The notes below the pieces were generated by a model, which did not search any database, was not told where the DNA came from, and was given only the letters and a program-made list of their open reading frames with translations. From Promethearchaeota archaeon (GTDB taxonomy: Archaea; Asgardarchaeota; Lokiarchaeia; Sigyniarchaeales; SOKP01), in the NCBI GenBank assembly GCA_029838195.1, contig JALGVJ010000010.1, forward strand, positions 1 to 64,000: DNA of 64,000 nt. The letters are read 5' to 3'. The translations under genes were made by a program, and so were the position numbers. Below, piece by piece: positions 32,198 through 43,282 of this stretch; positions within the stretch are counted from its first letter, which is position 1; the number at the start of each line of letters is the position of its first letter.

Positions 32198-33478
32198 ATG
32201 AAAATAAGAGCAATAACGTTCGGCATAAGAGTACCCTTTTTTAAAGATATTACTACTTTTGAATCCATGATTTCTAAGAGATTAACCTATCTCTCAGAAA
32301 TTCACCAGACTTTACGCACGGTATTTGAAAAAAATCATCTTGAGGTTGAGACCGTAAGAATTTGTACTCAACCAATGATTTCTAGTGAAAATAATATGAG
32401 AAGGTTTCTAAATAGAATGCAAGATGTTCACGAGTTCAACGAGAAAATAGAAATCTTACAAGAAAAATGTAATGCCCATGGATTTCACTATTTTGCTTCT
32501 TGCGCGATGTTAGCAGACCAAGTTATTAATATTAAGAAATGTGAAGCGTTTCTTACTTCTACTCTTCCCTCAACATTAAAAACCTTCGATAATTTTTTTA
32601 CTTCTTTGCAAATCAGTTCAACAGCAAATGGATTAAATTTAAAGGGATTAAAATATTGCTGTAAAATAATAAAAAGCTTGGCTCATCCCAATCCATTTAA
32701 TAATCTAAAATTTTGTGTATCCTCCAACGTACCGCCAAATACTCCCTTTTTTCCCGCCGCATATCACGCTTCGGAACATGCGAAATTTTCCCTGGCATTA
32801 GAAATGGCAGATGAAGTGGTAAAAATTTTTGAGAATTATACTTCTCTGACCTTGGTACAACAAGAGTTAAGAAAGAAATTTAATGAAATTTACAATGAAT
32901 TAATTAAAATCTGTGAAAATGGCGCTAAAAAATCGAATGTTAAATTTCATGGCATTGATTTTTCTCCTGCACCCTATCCCACCCTAGAAAAAAGCATAGG
33001 AACTGCGATTGAGAAATTAAATTTTGATCACTTTGGATGCCGAGGATCATTAATTGGAATTGCATTGATTAAAAGTTGCATTCCGAAAAAAGAAAAAGTA
33101 ATTGGATTTTCTGGTTTCATGCAACCAGTTCTTGAAGATTTTATCATTTCAAAAAGGGTAAGTGAAGGAAAAATTTCCCTTGAAGCTCTTTTATTAAATT
33201 CTGCTATATGTGGAACGGGACTGGATTGCATACCCTTACCCCATGATATATCTGAGAGAGAACTCTTTTATATATTGTTAGATCTCTGTACTCTTTCCAT
33301 ATCTTTAAATAAACCTTTAACGGCGAGATTGATGCCAATTAAAGGTAAATTATCGGGAGATGAGGTGGATTTTGATTTTGAATATTTTGCAAAATCAAAA
33401 GTCATGAACGTTCCTCGGCTGATGGATATTAAAAAAAGTGACTTGTTTTATCAAAACGATGACTTTTTCAAATTTTAG
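32198..33478 (+). CDS. DUF711 (UPF0210) family protein
   Basis: MKIRAIT, PFFPAAYH, GFSGFMQPVLED, SAICGTGLDCIPLP, KPLTARLMP. Confidence 0.85.
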   Translation: MKIRAITFGIRVPFFKDITTFESMISKRLTYLSEIHQTLRTVFEKNHLEVETVRICTQPMISSENNMRRFLNRMQDVHEFNEKIEILQEKCNAHGFHYFASCAMLADQVINIKKCEAFLTSTLPSTLKTFDNFFTSLQISSTANGLNLKGLKYCCKIIKSLAHPNPFNNLKFCVSSNVPPNTPFFPAAYHASEHAKFSLALEMADEVVKIFENYTSLTLVQQELRKKFNEIYNELIKICENGAKKSNVKFHGIDFSPAPYPTLEKSIGTAIEKLNFDHFGCRGSLIGIALIKSCIPKKEKVIGFSGFMQPVLEDFIISKRVSEGKISLEALLLNSAICGTGLDCIPLPHDISERELFYILLDLCTLSISLNKPLTARLMPIKGKLSGDEVDFDFEYFAKSKVMNVPRLMDIKKSDLFYQNDDFFKF

Positions 33479-33588
33479 GAATAAAATTTTAAATCATCCT
33501 TGCTTATTTCCATGGGATTAATTTAATTATTTAAATGCGTTCATGTATAATAATAATAGAATTAATCAACTGAATTAGGGTTAAAAAA

Positions 33589-34038
33589 ATGAAAAGCAAA
33601 CCTCATTTTAAAAAGGCGGTAGATTATTTTGAAATGATTTTAGAACCAAATTTTGATGCTCCAGACTCACCTTTAGGTAAAATTAAAAAAAACATCATCA
33701 ATGCCAACAATCTTTATGAAGAAATGCTCCAAGAAATTAATAATTTAAGAGATGTTTTATTAAATTATTCAATTAAAGAGCAAGACTCCATGAGTCCAAA
33801 AGAAAAAGAATTATTTCATAAATTTATGACATTCTACGCTACGTGTCCCATTTGCAATAAAAAGAATCACCAAAACTATCTGAAAAGGTTTTATTTTAGT
33901 GATGATCCTAATATCATGCAAATTAAAAATGCGTTAATTAAACTCATGATGATGGAGCCTCAAGAATCTTGGATTCATGTAGGAATTCCATGTTGTGAGT
34001 GTCATGATAAATATTTTAAAGGAATAAATCACGAATGA
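33589..34038 (+). CDS. Hypothetical zinc-binding protein
   Basis: CPIC...GIPCCEC. Confidence 0.65.
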   Translation: MKSKPHFKKAVDYFEMILEPNFDAPDSPLGKIKKNIINANNLYEEMLQEINNLRDVLLNYSIKEQDSMSPKEKELFHKFMTFYATCPICNKKNHQNYLKRFYFSDDPNIMQIKNALIKLMMMEPQESWIHVGIPCCECHDKYFKGINHE

Positions 34039-34057
34039 GCAGAACACGAGAATCAAT

Positions 34058-34432
34058 TCATAAATACTCAATAATTTTTCCTGCTTGAGTTATCTCATAC
34101 TTTACCTCGTCATTTTCATTTTTCTCTTTAATGCAGAGTGCTTTAACAAGAAAATCAAGGTTATATTGAAAAGTATTCTCATCAATCTCGATGCCATTCT
34201 GCTTCATATAAGCATATAAATCTCCTTTTAAAATGCTTTTCTCCCTATTCACTTTTTCTAACATTTTTCGCCGAATGGGATGATTAACGGCTTTTAAATA
34301 GAGACCATGATAATATCGTGAACCTTCCACGGTCTTAAGATATTCCTCAATATTCTCATAATTTCTAAATTCAAACTCATCTGACATCTCTTTCAAGTAA
34401 TTGAAGGATGTGCACAAATTAAATTTTTTCAT
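34058..34432 (-). CDS. ArsR-like winged-helix protein (probable start at MSDEF)
   Basis: KAVNHPIRRKML...YNLDFL...YEITQAGK. Confidence 0.75.
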   Translation of the reverse strand: MKKFNLCTSFNYLKEMSDEFEFRNYENIEEYLKTVEGSRYYHGLYLKAVNHPIRRKMLEKVNREKSILKGDLYAYMKQNGIEIDENTFQYNLDFLVKALCIKEKNENDEVKYEITQAGKIIEYL

Positions 34433-34694
34433 GTTGTTTTTCGCATTCCTTGTAAAAAAATCAGAAGAAAATTGCTCAATTTACCCCATGATTTAATGAG
34501 ATAATGATTTTGGAATACAAATCAAGTGTTAAAAATGCATAGTAAGTTTGCTTATAGAAACGAAGATGTATAAAAATAGTGAGTGTTCCTCCTCTTTTTT
34601 ATGAATTTTCATAAAGAAAATAGGAAATTATTTTACAATTTATTTCTTATTCTTACTCGAAAATCTAATAAATTTTAGAGGTTGTCATGTTAAA

Positions 34695-35759
34695 ATGGAT
34701 ATAAATGAAATAAAAAGTTTAATTGGACCTGAAGAAGCAACGGATCTCCTAACACATAAATGCGTGGGCATTCCCAAGGATAAGATACATCTCCCTGGCC
34801 CAGATTACATCGAACGTGTCTGGGAACACTCAGATAGAAATAATCGCGTATTAAATAACATGCATAGATTATTCAATTCTTGTGGACGTTTGGCAGGAAC
34901 CGGTTATCTCTCCATTTTACCCGTGGATCAAGGCGTCGAACATTCTGCTTCCGCCAGTTTTGCCCCCAATCCTCTCTATTTTGATCCAGAAAACATTATT
35001 AAATTAGCCATTGAAGGAGGATGCAACGCCGTGGCCTCGACTCTAGGCATCCTTGGATCCGTAGCCCGACGATACGCCAGGAAAATTCCCTTTATCATGA
35101 AAATCAATCATAACGAGTTGCTGACTAAACCAGAATTATCTGACCAAACCTTATTTGCCAGTGTCGAACAAGCATTCAAGATGGGTGCTGCAGCAGTAGG
35201 AGCAACAATTTATTTTGGCTCTCCTGAAAGTAGACGCCAGATAAAAGAGGTAAGCGAAGCTTTTGAATATGCCCATGAATTAGGATTGGTCTGCATTTTA
35301 TGGTGCTATTTACGCAATAAGAAGGAGTTCATCAAAGATGGGAAAGATTATCACACGTCTAATGATTTAGAAAGCCAAGCTAACTATTTAGGTGCAACAA
35401 TTGAAGCAGATATCATCAAACAAAAAATTTCCACCACTAATAGAGGATTTTTAGAATTAAATTTCGGAAAAACGGATAAATTAGTATATGAAAAACTAGC
35501 CACGGATCATCCCTTAGAATGGAATAGGTATCAAGTAGCCAATTGTTTCATGGGAAGAGTTGGTTTAATAAATTCAGGAGGCGAATCTGGTAAGACAGAT
35601 CTAGCAGATGCCGTGAGAGCAGCAATCATTAACAAGCGAGCTGGAGGGATGGGCCTTATATTGGGCCGAAAAGCTTTCAAGAAGTCAATGACTGAAGGAA
35701 TTAAAATTCTAAATGCCGTCCAAGATGTTTACTTGAACAAGGATATAACTATCGCATGA
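34695..35759 (+). CDS. fbaB: Class I fructose-bisphosphate aldolase (FbaB/DhnA type)
   Basis: [56 protein letters not shown]. Confidence 0.95.
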   Translation: MDINEIKSLIGPEEATDLLTHKCVGIPKDKIHLPGPDYIERVWEHSDRNNRVLNNMHRLFNSCGRLAGTGYLSILPVDQGVEHSASASFAPNPLYFDPENIIKLAIEGGCNAVASTLGILGSVARRYARKIPFIMKINHNELLTKPELSDQTLFASVEQAFKMGAAAVGATIYFGSPESRRQIKEVSEAFEYAHELGLVCILWCYLRNKKEFIKDGKDYHTSNDLESQANYLGATIEADIIKQKISTTNRGFLELNFGKTDKLVYEKLATDHPLEWNRYQVANCFMGRVGLINSGGESGKTDLADAVRAAIINKRAGGMGLILGRKAFKKSMTEGIKILNAVQDVYLNKDITIA

Positions 35760-36004
35760 AGTATTTAATTATTTCACATTTTATTTTTAAGATTGCTAAC
35801 GAGTATTTAATCCCATCTTTCCTCTTATTTATTTTTTAGTTCATGAAAAAGGAACTCTTTTTATCCTAATTTATTTAATAAAAGCATTAATCATTAGTTT
35901 TTATAAAAACTGGACTATGCAAATTATTAAAAGATTAGATTACATTACCTTTATAGATATAGAAAAAATAACTCAAATTTAAAATTATAATGTGAGATTG
36001 AATC

Positions 36005-36799
36005 ATGGGAAAAAATAATGATTTTTATCCTGATCCAAAAAAAAATCCTTATCGTGTTCAACCAGGATATTCTCCCTCCAAGCCATTTCCACCTCAAACT
36101 CCACCGATTCCCTCCACTTCTTCTCAACAAGGCATTAACTTTGATATTCTACGATTATGCCCTAAATGTGGGAAAATAATCAAAATTTCATATAAATTTT
36201 GTAAATTTTGTGGTTTAAACTTGAGTGAGATCCCATCGTTGAAAGATTCTGATGACATTTCCAAGCAGTTGGCTCTTACAGCAATTACCGACCCAGAGTC
36301 ATCAGTAAGAAAAGAAGCGGTTGATACATTGGGTAATTTCAAGGAGTTTTCAGTTTTAGGGGTCTTGACCCATGTACTTCTGAATGATCCTGATGAGAAT
36401 GTAAGAAAAGTTGCGGCGCACGAGCTTGGCGAGCTCGCACACCTTATTTCACTTGATCCATTGACTGCCGCGTTAAAGGATCAATCTCCTAAGGTCAGAA
36501 AGGAAGCTATTGAAGGATTGAAAAAAATTAGAGAAAAAATTAAACCCAAAGAAAAGGAAAAAGAAGAGATAAAAGAAAAAATTAAAGAAAACTCAAGTCC
36601 TACCATTTCAGAACAAAATTTTAACTCAATTCCGAAAATAATGGATGAGCCTAAAGAAATAGAACTAGAAGAAGTCCCGCTAAAAGACACGGATGAGAAT
36701 AAAAAAAGTGAAAATAATCTCGATTTGGAACCAATTGGCGGGGAAAAAGAGACCAAATTGAAAGAAAAAGACGTAGATGAATTACTTGATGAGATATAA
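36005..36799 (+). CDS. Zinc-ribbon + HEAT-repeat protein with Pro-rich N-terminus and acidic tail
   Basis: CPKCG..CKFCG, then DPESSVRKEAV, DPDENVRKVAA, DQSPKVRKEAI. Confidence 0.8.
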   Translation: MGKNNDFYPDPKKNPYRVQPGYSPSKPFPPQTPPIPSTSSQQGINFDILRLCPKCGKIIKISYKFCKFCGLNLSEIPSLKDSDDISKQLALTAITDPESSVRKEAVDTLGNFKEFSVLGVLTHVLLNDPDENVRKVAAHELGELAHLISLDPLTAALKDQSPKVRKEAIEGLKKIREKIKPKEKEKEEIKEKIKENSSPTISEQNFNSIPKIMDEPKEIELEEVPLKDTDENKKSENNLDLEPIGGEKETKLKEKDVDELLDEI

Positions 36800-36928
36800 T
36801 TAAATTTTAATGTTCTTTAATAATTCCCTCAAATTATTACCTCAAATTATTATACAATTTTTTCAGAGAAAATAATGAACCATCAATTTTGGTGATGATG
36901 GCTCTTATTTTCATGAAAAATAGTGATT

Positions 36929-38101
36929 CTATGCTTTAGGGATTTCTGGTAATTTTCTTTTTTTAGGAGTGCCTACTCTTTCTTTCTCTTTCTCATTCTT
37001 GAGCACGTTTTCAATAATCTCAATAATCTCGCCTTTTTTTGCTTTGGTAGGCAATTCAATCTTCCTTTCTTTTGCGAAAAGCTTGAGCTCTTTTACTGTC
37101 ATGGGACTAAGATCAAGAGAATTCTTATTGTCGTTTTTAGAATCTCCATTATCCGATGAAGTGGTATCTTTATCACTTACTTTTTCCCTAGTAATTATTT
37201 CGACCGCTTCTACGATGCCTTTATCATCATTAAAATACACGCGAAATAAATGATCATCCAATTCTACCATGTTTTTTGGAAGTGTTTTTAAAGGTTCCCA
37301 TTCCGTTTCTTCCACGTCTTTACCGAACACGTTTACTTTTTTGAAAACAGGAGCATAAAGCTGGTTTCCTAAAATTAAATTTTGTCGCTTATGGTTTTGA
37401 GGAATCTCCGATTTAAGAATCCGGTCTAAAAGCCGTTTTTTATCTTCTTCAAAGAGACCCCCAAAATTCTTACTTTCCTTTCCCGTCGGATAAGGGATGT
37501 ACGTGCGGGTAGGAGGAGGGGTAGTGCGAGCAGGAGAAGGTTTCTTACGCTCCATTGGAGTAATGTTTTTTTTAGAAATTGATATATCTTGCAAGGCTGA
37601 CACATCGATCTTTTGACCCGTCTTCTTCTCTATTTCTTGAAGTGCTGGCGAAAAATATGGCTCAGATTCAGCCTTACCACCGATCTCTTTTGATTCAACG
37701 ACTTTTCCTAAAGCCTCTCCCCGTTCCTTTTCGATGTTGCGAACATATCTCATATCTGCCAGTCGTTCTGTTACTTCCATCGACTTGAGACCAAATGCCC
37801 TTAAAAATTCTTCAACTTCATCTCCTTGGTCCACACTAACGATTTTACACCTATGAAACGCAGCCTCTTTTACTAACTCCTCTTGTAGAGCACTCGCAAT
37901 CCTTGAACTGATGAATCTTTTTCTTACGGGAGATTTTGCTCCTTTCCAAATATAAATTCTTCTGAGTTCTTCCTTCACGATTATAAAAACTTCTTCAGGA
38001 TGTAATATATTTTCTAATTCTTCTTCCGATACGGCTAATCGCACTCTCTCGCCTGTTTCTGAAATGCCAAATACCATGAAATAATCGTACGAGTCGGACA
38101 T
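36929..38101 (-). CDS. Single-gelsolin-domain protein with C-terminal HeH/SAP-like domain
   Basis: LHPEEVFII...IYIWKGAKS...IVSVDQGDEVEEFLRAF gelsolin pattern. LSPMTVKELKLFAKERKIELPTKAKKGEIIEII helix-extension-helix pattern. Confidence 0.82.
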   Translation of the reverse strand: MSDSYDYFMVFGISETGERVRLAVSEEELENILHPEEVFIIVKEELRRIYIWKGAKSPVRKRFISSRIASALQEELVKEAAFHRCKIVSVDQGDEVEEFLRAFGLKSMEVTERLADMRYVRNIEKERGEALGKVVESKEIGGKAESEPYFSPALQEIEKKTGQKIDVSALQDISISKKNITPMERKKPSPARTTPPPTRTYIPYPTGKESKNFGGLFEEDKKRLLDRILKSEIPQNHKRQNLILGNQLYAPVFKKVNVFGKDVEETEWEPLKTLPKNMVELDDHLFRVYFNDDKGIVEAVEIITREKVSDKDTTSSDNGDSKNDNKNSLDLSPMTVKELKLFAKERKIELPTKAKKGEIIEIIENVLKNEKEKERVGTPKKRKLPEIPKA

Positions 38102-38283
38102 GTTCTTCTTTTAATCTAGCATTTGTAATATTAATAATTTCACTCCATTCAGGTTTTTATTAAACTGCTTAATAGAGATTTTTACTTATTTTATATCATT
38201 ACAATAATTTTTTAAAAATTTATATTTATCTGAAAAAAAAGATCGTTAAAAAAATTCAATTTAAATTAGAAAATATTACAATT

Positions 38284-38964
38284 CTATTTTGTATCATGAA
38301 GTACGTTGTCTATGGAAAGTACAAAGCCCAAAAGAATTCTGCGGTCGGTTTCATTATCCAAAATTCTAAGTGCATACGTATCTTTAAAGTCAAATATCCC
38401 TCCTAAAAAGATATCTCTCCATTTATCAGCTTTTTCTATTTCTGCGACGATTTTTCCCGTAGATAAATCCTTGATCTTAAAAGAAAAACCCATGAAATTA
38501 CCTTGTGCCTCATACCATTCGTTTCCTTCCGGATCTTCCAAATAAAATTTCGGTCTGAAAAAGGATAATATTTTTTTCTTAATACGAGCAATAAGATTCC
38601 CTTCAGCGTCTTTTAAATCTTGAGCTCCTCGCGCAGATATGATTTTTGCATGTATGGACGCAGCAACTGTACCATCGAGTTCTAATAATTCCACTTTCTT
38701 TCGAATACTAAAGATTTTTCTTTTCATTTTTCCAATGACTTGGTTGTTCTCATCTAGAATATCTCCACTTCCCCAGTCCCAATATTTTTCCTTCAAGATG
38801 TAATAATTTCTATTCAGGGAAAACAAGCCTTCTTGGGGAGAAATTTGGCTTGGTTTCGGACTAGCTTGCGGGGGCGTTGTACCACCTTTTAATTGGGCAC
38901 CACATTGTTCGCAAAAATTTTGATCAGCGGAGCGCAGTTTTGCGCCACATGACGGACAGAACAA
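38284..38964 (-). CDS. Zinc ribbon + LURP-one/scramblase (tubby-like) domain protein
   Basis: FCPSCG..FCEQCG. Repeated D..GN.I motifs, GNFMGFSFKI, DTYAL, C-terminal hydrophobic helix ending SID. Confidence 0.8.
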   Translation of the reverse strand: MFCPSCGAKLRSADQNFCEQCGAQLKGGTTPPQASPKPSQISPQEGLFSLNRNYYILKEKYWDWGSGDILDENNQVIGKMKRKIFSIRKKVELLELDGTVAASIHAKIISARGAQDLKDAEGNLIARIKKKILSFFRPKFYLEDPEGNEWYEAQGNFMGFSFKIKDLSTGKIVAEIEKADKWRDIFLGGIFDFKDTYALRILDNETDRRILLGFVLSIDNVLHDTK

Positions 38965-39225
38965 TTGTAATCAACTCTTTACAATAATATTTATTAATAA
39001 ATTAAAGAAATTATACTCTTAAATTATTTTGTACTTAAAAAATAAATGCAGTTTTTTGGATAATACTATTTATTAATGAATTTGAGGGGTATTTTTGATT
39101 TGTCTCATCATATTATTAAATTAGAGTCCATCTTTAATACTGATGGAATGAAAACAAAAGGTTATTTTATTTACGAGCAATACTTTTAATTATGAGCATG
39201 ATGTAATGGATCGTGAATATTAAAA

Positions 39226-40017
39226 ATGGCTAGCATGAACGATTTATTAAAATTAAAGGATTACGTGACGTTGACCGGAACGACATTAGGAGTTATAGCT
39301 CTCATCATTGGGGCGTCTGGAGGAAGAGAAAGCATTTCTTTGGCATTTTTTCTGCTCGTCATTACCCTAGGAACGGATTTATTAGATGGGTGGATTGCTC
39401 GTAAGATGAATACGGTCAATGAAATTGGGATTCAACTTGATTCCTTGAGCGATTCTCTTACTTTTGGAATAGCGCCAGGAATTTTGATTTTTATAGCATT
39501 TCAGAGGGGAGAATTATTTGATCTCATTCTTATAGTGGGATGCATTTGTTTTGTTTTAGGAGCGATATTGAGGTTAGCAAGGTTTAATATTTCAAAAACA
39601 CCGGGATACGTGGGTGTTCCCGTACCCATAACTGCCTTGATGATAATTTGCTTTTTTTATAGTAATTTTTTCTATTTTCTTGCCATGATTAGTGAGAATC
39701 CTAGTGAATCTGTGCCTTCCTTTCCTCTTATTTCTTATTATATTCTTCCCTTCTTGCTCATATTGATGGGTTGGTTAAATATTACCACGCGCGTTAAATT
39801 TGGAAAGAAAGGAAAGGAAATTTATATATTGTTTTTAGTGGGAGCTCCATTAGCACCTATATTAGGAATAATTGGCTTGTTAAGGCCAGGACCTGCAATT
39901 TCTTTAATAATTTCTGGATTCTTTTTCGGTTCCTTAATAATACAATTTGGTATTATTATAAAGGGTTTACTTAAAAAAAAACCAGAAAAAGAGTTATCTG
40001 AAAAAATCAAAGAGTAA
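39226..40017 (+). CDS. CDP-alcohol phosphatidyltransferase (PssA/archaetidylserine synthase-like)
   Basis: DLLDGWIARK...GIQLDSLSD.LTFGIAP, LRLARFN, GVPVP. Confidence 0.9.
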   Translation: MASMNDLLKLKDYVTLTGTTLGVIALIIGASGGRESISLAFFLLVITLGTDLLDGWIARKMNTVNEIGIQLDSLSDSLTFGIAPGILIFIAFQRGELFDLILIVGCICFVLGAILRLARFNISKTPGYVGVPVPITALMIICFFYSNFFYFLAMISENPSESVPSFPLISYYILPFLLILMGWLNITTRVKFGKKGKEIYILFLVGAPLAPILGIIGLLRPGPAISLIISGFFFGSLIIQFGIIIKGLLKKKPEKELSEKIKE

Positions 40018-40023
40018 GGGATT

Positions 40024-41529
40024 CTATTGAATGTTCAATTTTTTTTTCCATTGTTCTATATTAGAGATGATGAGTTCAATATCTTCTTCATTTAGTTGTG
40101 TTTCTGATCCTTTAAATTGATTGATGATCCGACCGATCTGGTGGAGCGTGACAGAGAATCCTTTTTCTTCCAAAATTTTATCAGCAATTCCTTGTAATTG
40201 TCTACTAAAATCATTACTTTTTAAGTTTTTTAGATTCTTAACTAAATTATTAAACATCATCCCGATAGATTCTGGTTCTTTTTTTACTTCTGTTTTAGGT
40301 ACTTCTTTTTCAACTAAAACTAAATCATGGGAACTGACACTGGGTTTCAAGGGAGGCGGCGGTTCTTCCTTTTTTAGAGCCTCTAACTTTTTAACCGTAG
40401 GACGAGGCGCTGAAAATTTGATGGAGGCTGGTTTTACTTTAGCTTCTGGTCTCTCTTTTTTTGGGGGAATATGTGGTCTTTCAATCTCTTCTTTTTGAAG
40501 GGTTGGTACTTCCTCCTTTTTTAGCGGCACTTTTTTACTCGTTAATTTTCTCAGGTAATCCGAGAGCAGGAGTGTTATTGGTTCATTCAATCCAATTATA
40601 TCTTTTATTGATTTATCTAATAATGAAGACATCGTGGAAAGTATTCCTTGTTTCAAGGTTTTGATGTTTTTCTCGTCCGTTTCCTCATGTGATTTCAGAA
40701 GAGAACTGATGCGATTCAATTTTAATTCGAAATCATTCAATAGATTTAACAAGATTAATTTCAAATCTGTTTGATATTGTACGGATTGCACGAGTAACTG
40801 TTCAAACGTGCCTTTATTCCGTTCGTTCTCTACTGCAATCTTGATTTGCTGCGCATTATTTACCAAGATTTCATTAAATTTAATTTTTAATTGTTGTTCC
40901 ACTTCATTCAAGAAATCTTCTTTATTTTTTTTTAAGTCATGATGATTCATAAGGGTACTAATGATAGATCTCAAATCAGTAATCGTTTGATCTATGGTTT
41001 TACTTGATGGTTTAAGATGTCCCGTGATGGTTTTTACTAATTGTTCTTGTTGATTTTTCATTTGAGTATTAAGTTGATTTAGTTTTACCACCAAATCATC
41101 CACGTCTTTTTTTTGAACAATACTGAGAGATTCATAATCCTTAAAAATTTCGGTGAAAGGTTGGTGGAGAGTCTCATTTTTTTCAGCTTCATGGCTATCT
41201 ATGATTTTTTGGAAAGATTTATCAAAATGTTCCATTATTCGGGAATGAATCGAGGAAAGGTTTGAAGCAATGTTCTTATAATATTTATTGATTAACTCGA
41301 GAGGAGGATTAGGCATGAACACTTCGGGGCGAGAATGGTCGTCTCCTTTAATAGGAACTAGAAGATTATTATCCATTAATTCTTCAATAACAGAGTTGAA
41401 TTGTTCTTCTGGTAAATCCGGGAGATATTTTTTTAAATCTCCTTGTTTTAATGAAGGTAATCCAATAATCCGAGAGTATAAGTTTATCCCCTCTTTTGAA
41501 ATTCGGGAATTTTTTAAAAATTCTTCCAT
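40024..41529 (-). CDS. TrmB-like winged helix + long coiled-coil protein
   Basis: N-terminal wHTH pattern (INLYSRII...IEELMDNNLLV...FMPNPP), heptad-rich middle, Pro/Lys/Glu linker, helical C-terminal domain. Confidence 0.6.
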   Translation of the reverse strand: MEEFLKNSRISKEGINLYSRIIGLPSLKQGDLKKYLPDLPEEQFNSVIEELMDNNLLVPIKGDDHSRPEVFMPNPPLELINKYYKNIASNLSSIHSRIMEHFDKSFQKIIDSHEAEKNETLHQPFTEIFKDYESLSIVQKKDVDDLVVKLNQLNTQMKNQQEQLVKTITGHLKPSSKTIDQTITDLRSIISTLMNHHDLKKNKEDFLNEVEQQLKIKFNEILVNNAQQIKIAVENERNKGTFEQLLVQSVQYQTDLKLILLNLLNDFELKLNRISSLLKSHEETDEKNIKTLKQGILSTMSSLLDKSIKDIIGLNEPITLLLSDYLRKLTSKKVPLKKEEVPTLQKEEIERPHIPPKKERPEAKVKPASIKFSAPRPTVKKLEALKKEEPPPPLKPSVSSHDLVLVEKEVPKTEVKKEPESIGMMFNNLVKNLKNLKSNDFSRQLQGIADKILEEKGFSVTLHQIGRIINQFKGSETQLNEEDIELIISNIEQWKKKLNIQ

Positions 41530-41668
41530 TCAAGATCTTCTCATGGTTAAATGACTTTAATTAAGTACTTAAATGTCAATTAATAATAATAAATCTATCG
41601 TACCCCCCATTAAATATATCTTATCTTAGTACTTATTTTATTTATAAACTATATGCAATGATTTTTAT

Positions 41669-43063
41669 ATGCGTGGTCATTTAGAAGACGTGTTTTTTTA
41701 TTTGGATTTATCTAAAGAATTATTGAAGAAAAAGGATATCAAAAAAGCAATTAAATTCTATATTGAAGAAAAGAATAAAACAAGTAATCTAGGGCTATAT
41801 GGTATTTTTTTGTTCCAAAAGGATGGTAATCCTGTATTTATAACTAATAAAAGAGATCCAGAAGTACTGTTGAATGCCATTGAAGAAAATTGGAAAAATA
41901 GATTCACGGAACAGAGTTATTTTGAAAATGGCTTATTCTATATCTTTTCTTATATCGCAGAAACCATTCGAGAGCAATCCAAGTTTAATCGTGTTATTAT
42001 AATCACGGACACACCCAGCGATTTAAATGAGGAATACCAAGAAGCCTTGTTTAATTTAGTGGCTAAAATACGATTATTCCCGACCTTCGTCGATATTATT
42101 CGTGTCTCTGAAAAAAATCAAAGATTGTTCAAAGATGACGTGAAATTGAACATGCTAGCAAGGGATACAAAAGGAGGCATCTTTTATGTTCATGATAAAA
42201 ACGAATTTTTTGCCACTATGAAAAAATTAGTAAAGAACAAACAACTCATCTCAACTTTCGCCAGTGAACCTGATAAAATCGAAATCACAAAAGAGGATTA
42301 TGTTTTCTATAGTAAATTAGCTAAAAAATTGAGTCTTATAGATCCTCAAGAAGAAGCGGATTGCTTTTTCTGTCATGATACTGTTTGTCCTATTTGCGAA
42401 AACGTAGAAGATATTCCTTTAAAATGCCCTGATTGCAAAACAACTTTTCATAATTGCTGTATCATTAATCATGCCCTTCATCATAATATTGGCATTCCAA
42501 ATATCTTTCGTTGCCCGAATCCTAATTGTGACGTGCTCTTGCAGGTCAGGGCTGAAGAATTTATGGAACTTTCAGATACAACAAAGACCCCAACCTCCAT
42601 CGATGAATATCTTGAAGGCGAACAAGGTGAAAACATGATTCCTCAAGATGAATCACGGCCTTCTCTTCACTTCGATAACTCCTTAAAAGTTGAAAAATGG
42701 GTGAAGAGTGAAGAAGAAGAAACTAACACTCTTAGTATCGAAAATAGCCATGAAGAAACCTTAAAAGCTGATGTGATACAAGAAAGACATATCAGAATAG
42801 GTGGATTTTTTGGACCCGTTTTCAAGGTGAAAAAAATTGGAGATAAAATCATTTATGAACGCGCAAGTCAAACTAATAAGAATGAGTCAAAAGCCATGAT
42901 GAGAGACATCTCATCTCCAAGATCGACTTATTGGAGTCCTTCGAGAGATAAAACACGTGAAAACCGAACTAAAGTCGTGATATGTTCCGTCTGTGGAACT
43001 CAAGTCAAAATGAAAAATGAAGGCCAAAAATTTTGCCCTACTTGTGGTGAAAAACTTTTCTAA
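41669..43063 (+). CDS. vWA + RING-like (C4HC3-type) + C-terminal zinc-ribbon protein, paralog A
   Basis: vWA strands FFYLDLS, RVIIITD, VDIIRV, LARDTKGGIFY. CFFC..CPIC..CPDC...FHNCC..CPNPNC. Terminal CSVC..CPTC. Confidence 0.8.
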   Translation: MRGHLEDVFFYLDLSKELLKKKDIKKAIKFYIEEKNKTSNLGLYGIFLFQKDGNPVFITNKRDPEVLLNAIEENWKNRFTEQSYFENGLFYIFSYIAETIREQSKFNRVIIITDTPSDLNEEYQEALFNLVAKIRLFPTFVDIIRVSEKNQRLFKDDVKLNMLARDTKGGIFYVHDKNEFFATMKKLVKNKQLISTFASEPDKIEITKEDYVFYSKLAKKLSLIDPQEEADCFFCHDTVCPICENVEDIPLKCPDCKTTFHNCCIINHALHHNIGIPNIFRCPNPNCDVLLQVRAEEFMELSDTTKTPTSIDEYLEGEQGENMIPQDESRPSLHFDNSLKVEKWVKSEEEETNTLSIENSHEETLKADVIQERHIRIGGFFGPVFKVKKIGDKIIYERASQTNKNESKAMMRDISSPRSTYWSPSRDKTRENRTKVVICSVCGTQVKMKNEGQKFCPTCGEKLF

Positions 43064-43282
43064 ATTTAAATTTTTATTGAGTATAACATTGGAAACAACC
43101 ATGCTTCAAATCTTATTTATTGTATTTTTTTCTAGAGCTTCAATTTAACTTTCTCTCTTAATTTCTTTTCCTTATAATGTATTATTCGTAAAAAAAATTT
43201 TTTGATGGCTTAAAAATAAATAGCTAATTTCCCTTATTCATATTATAGATTTTAGAATATTTCGCATCTTAAAGAAACCATC

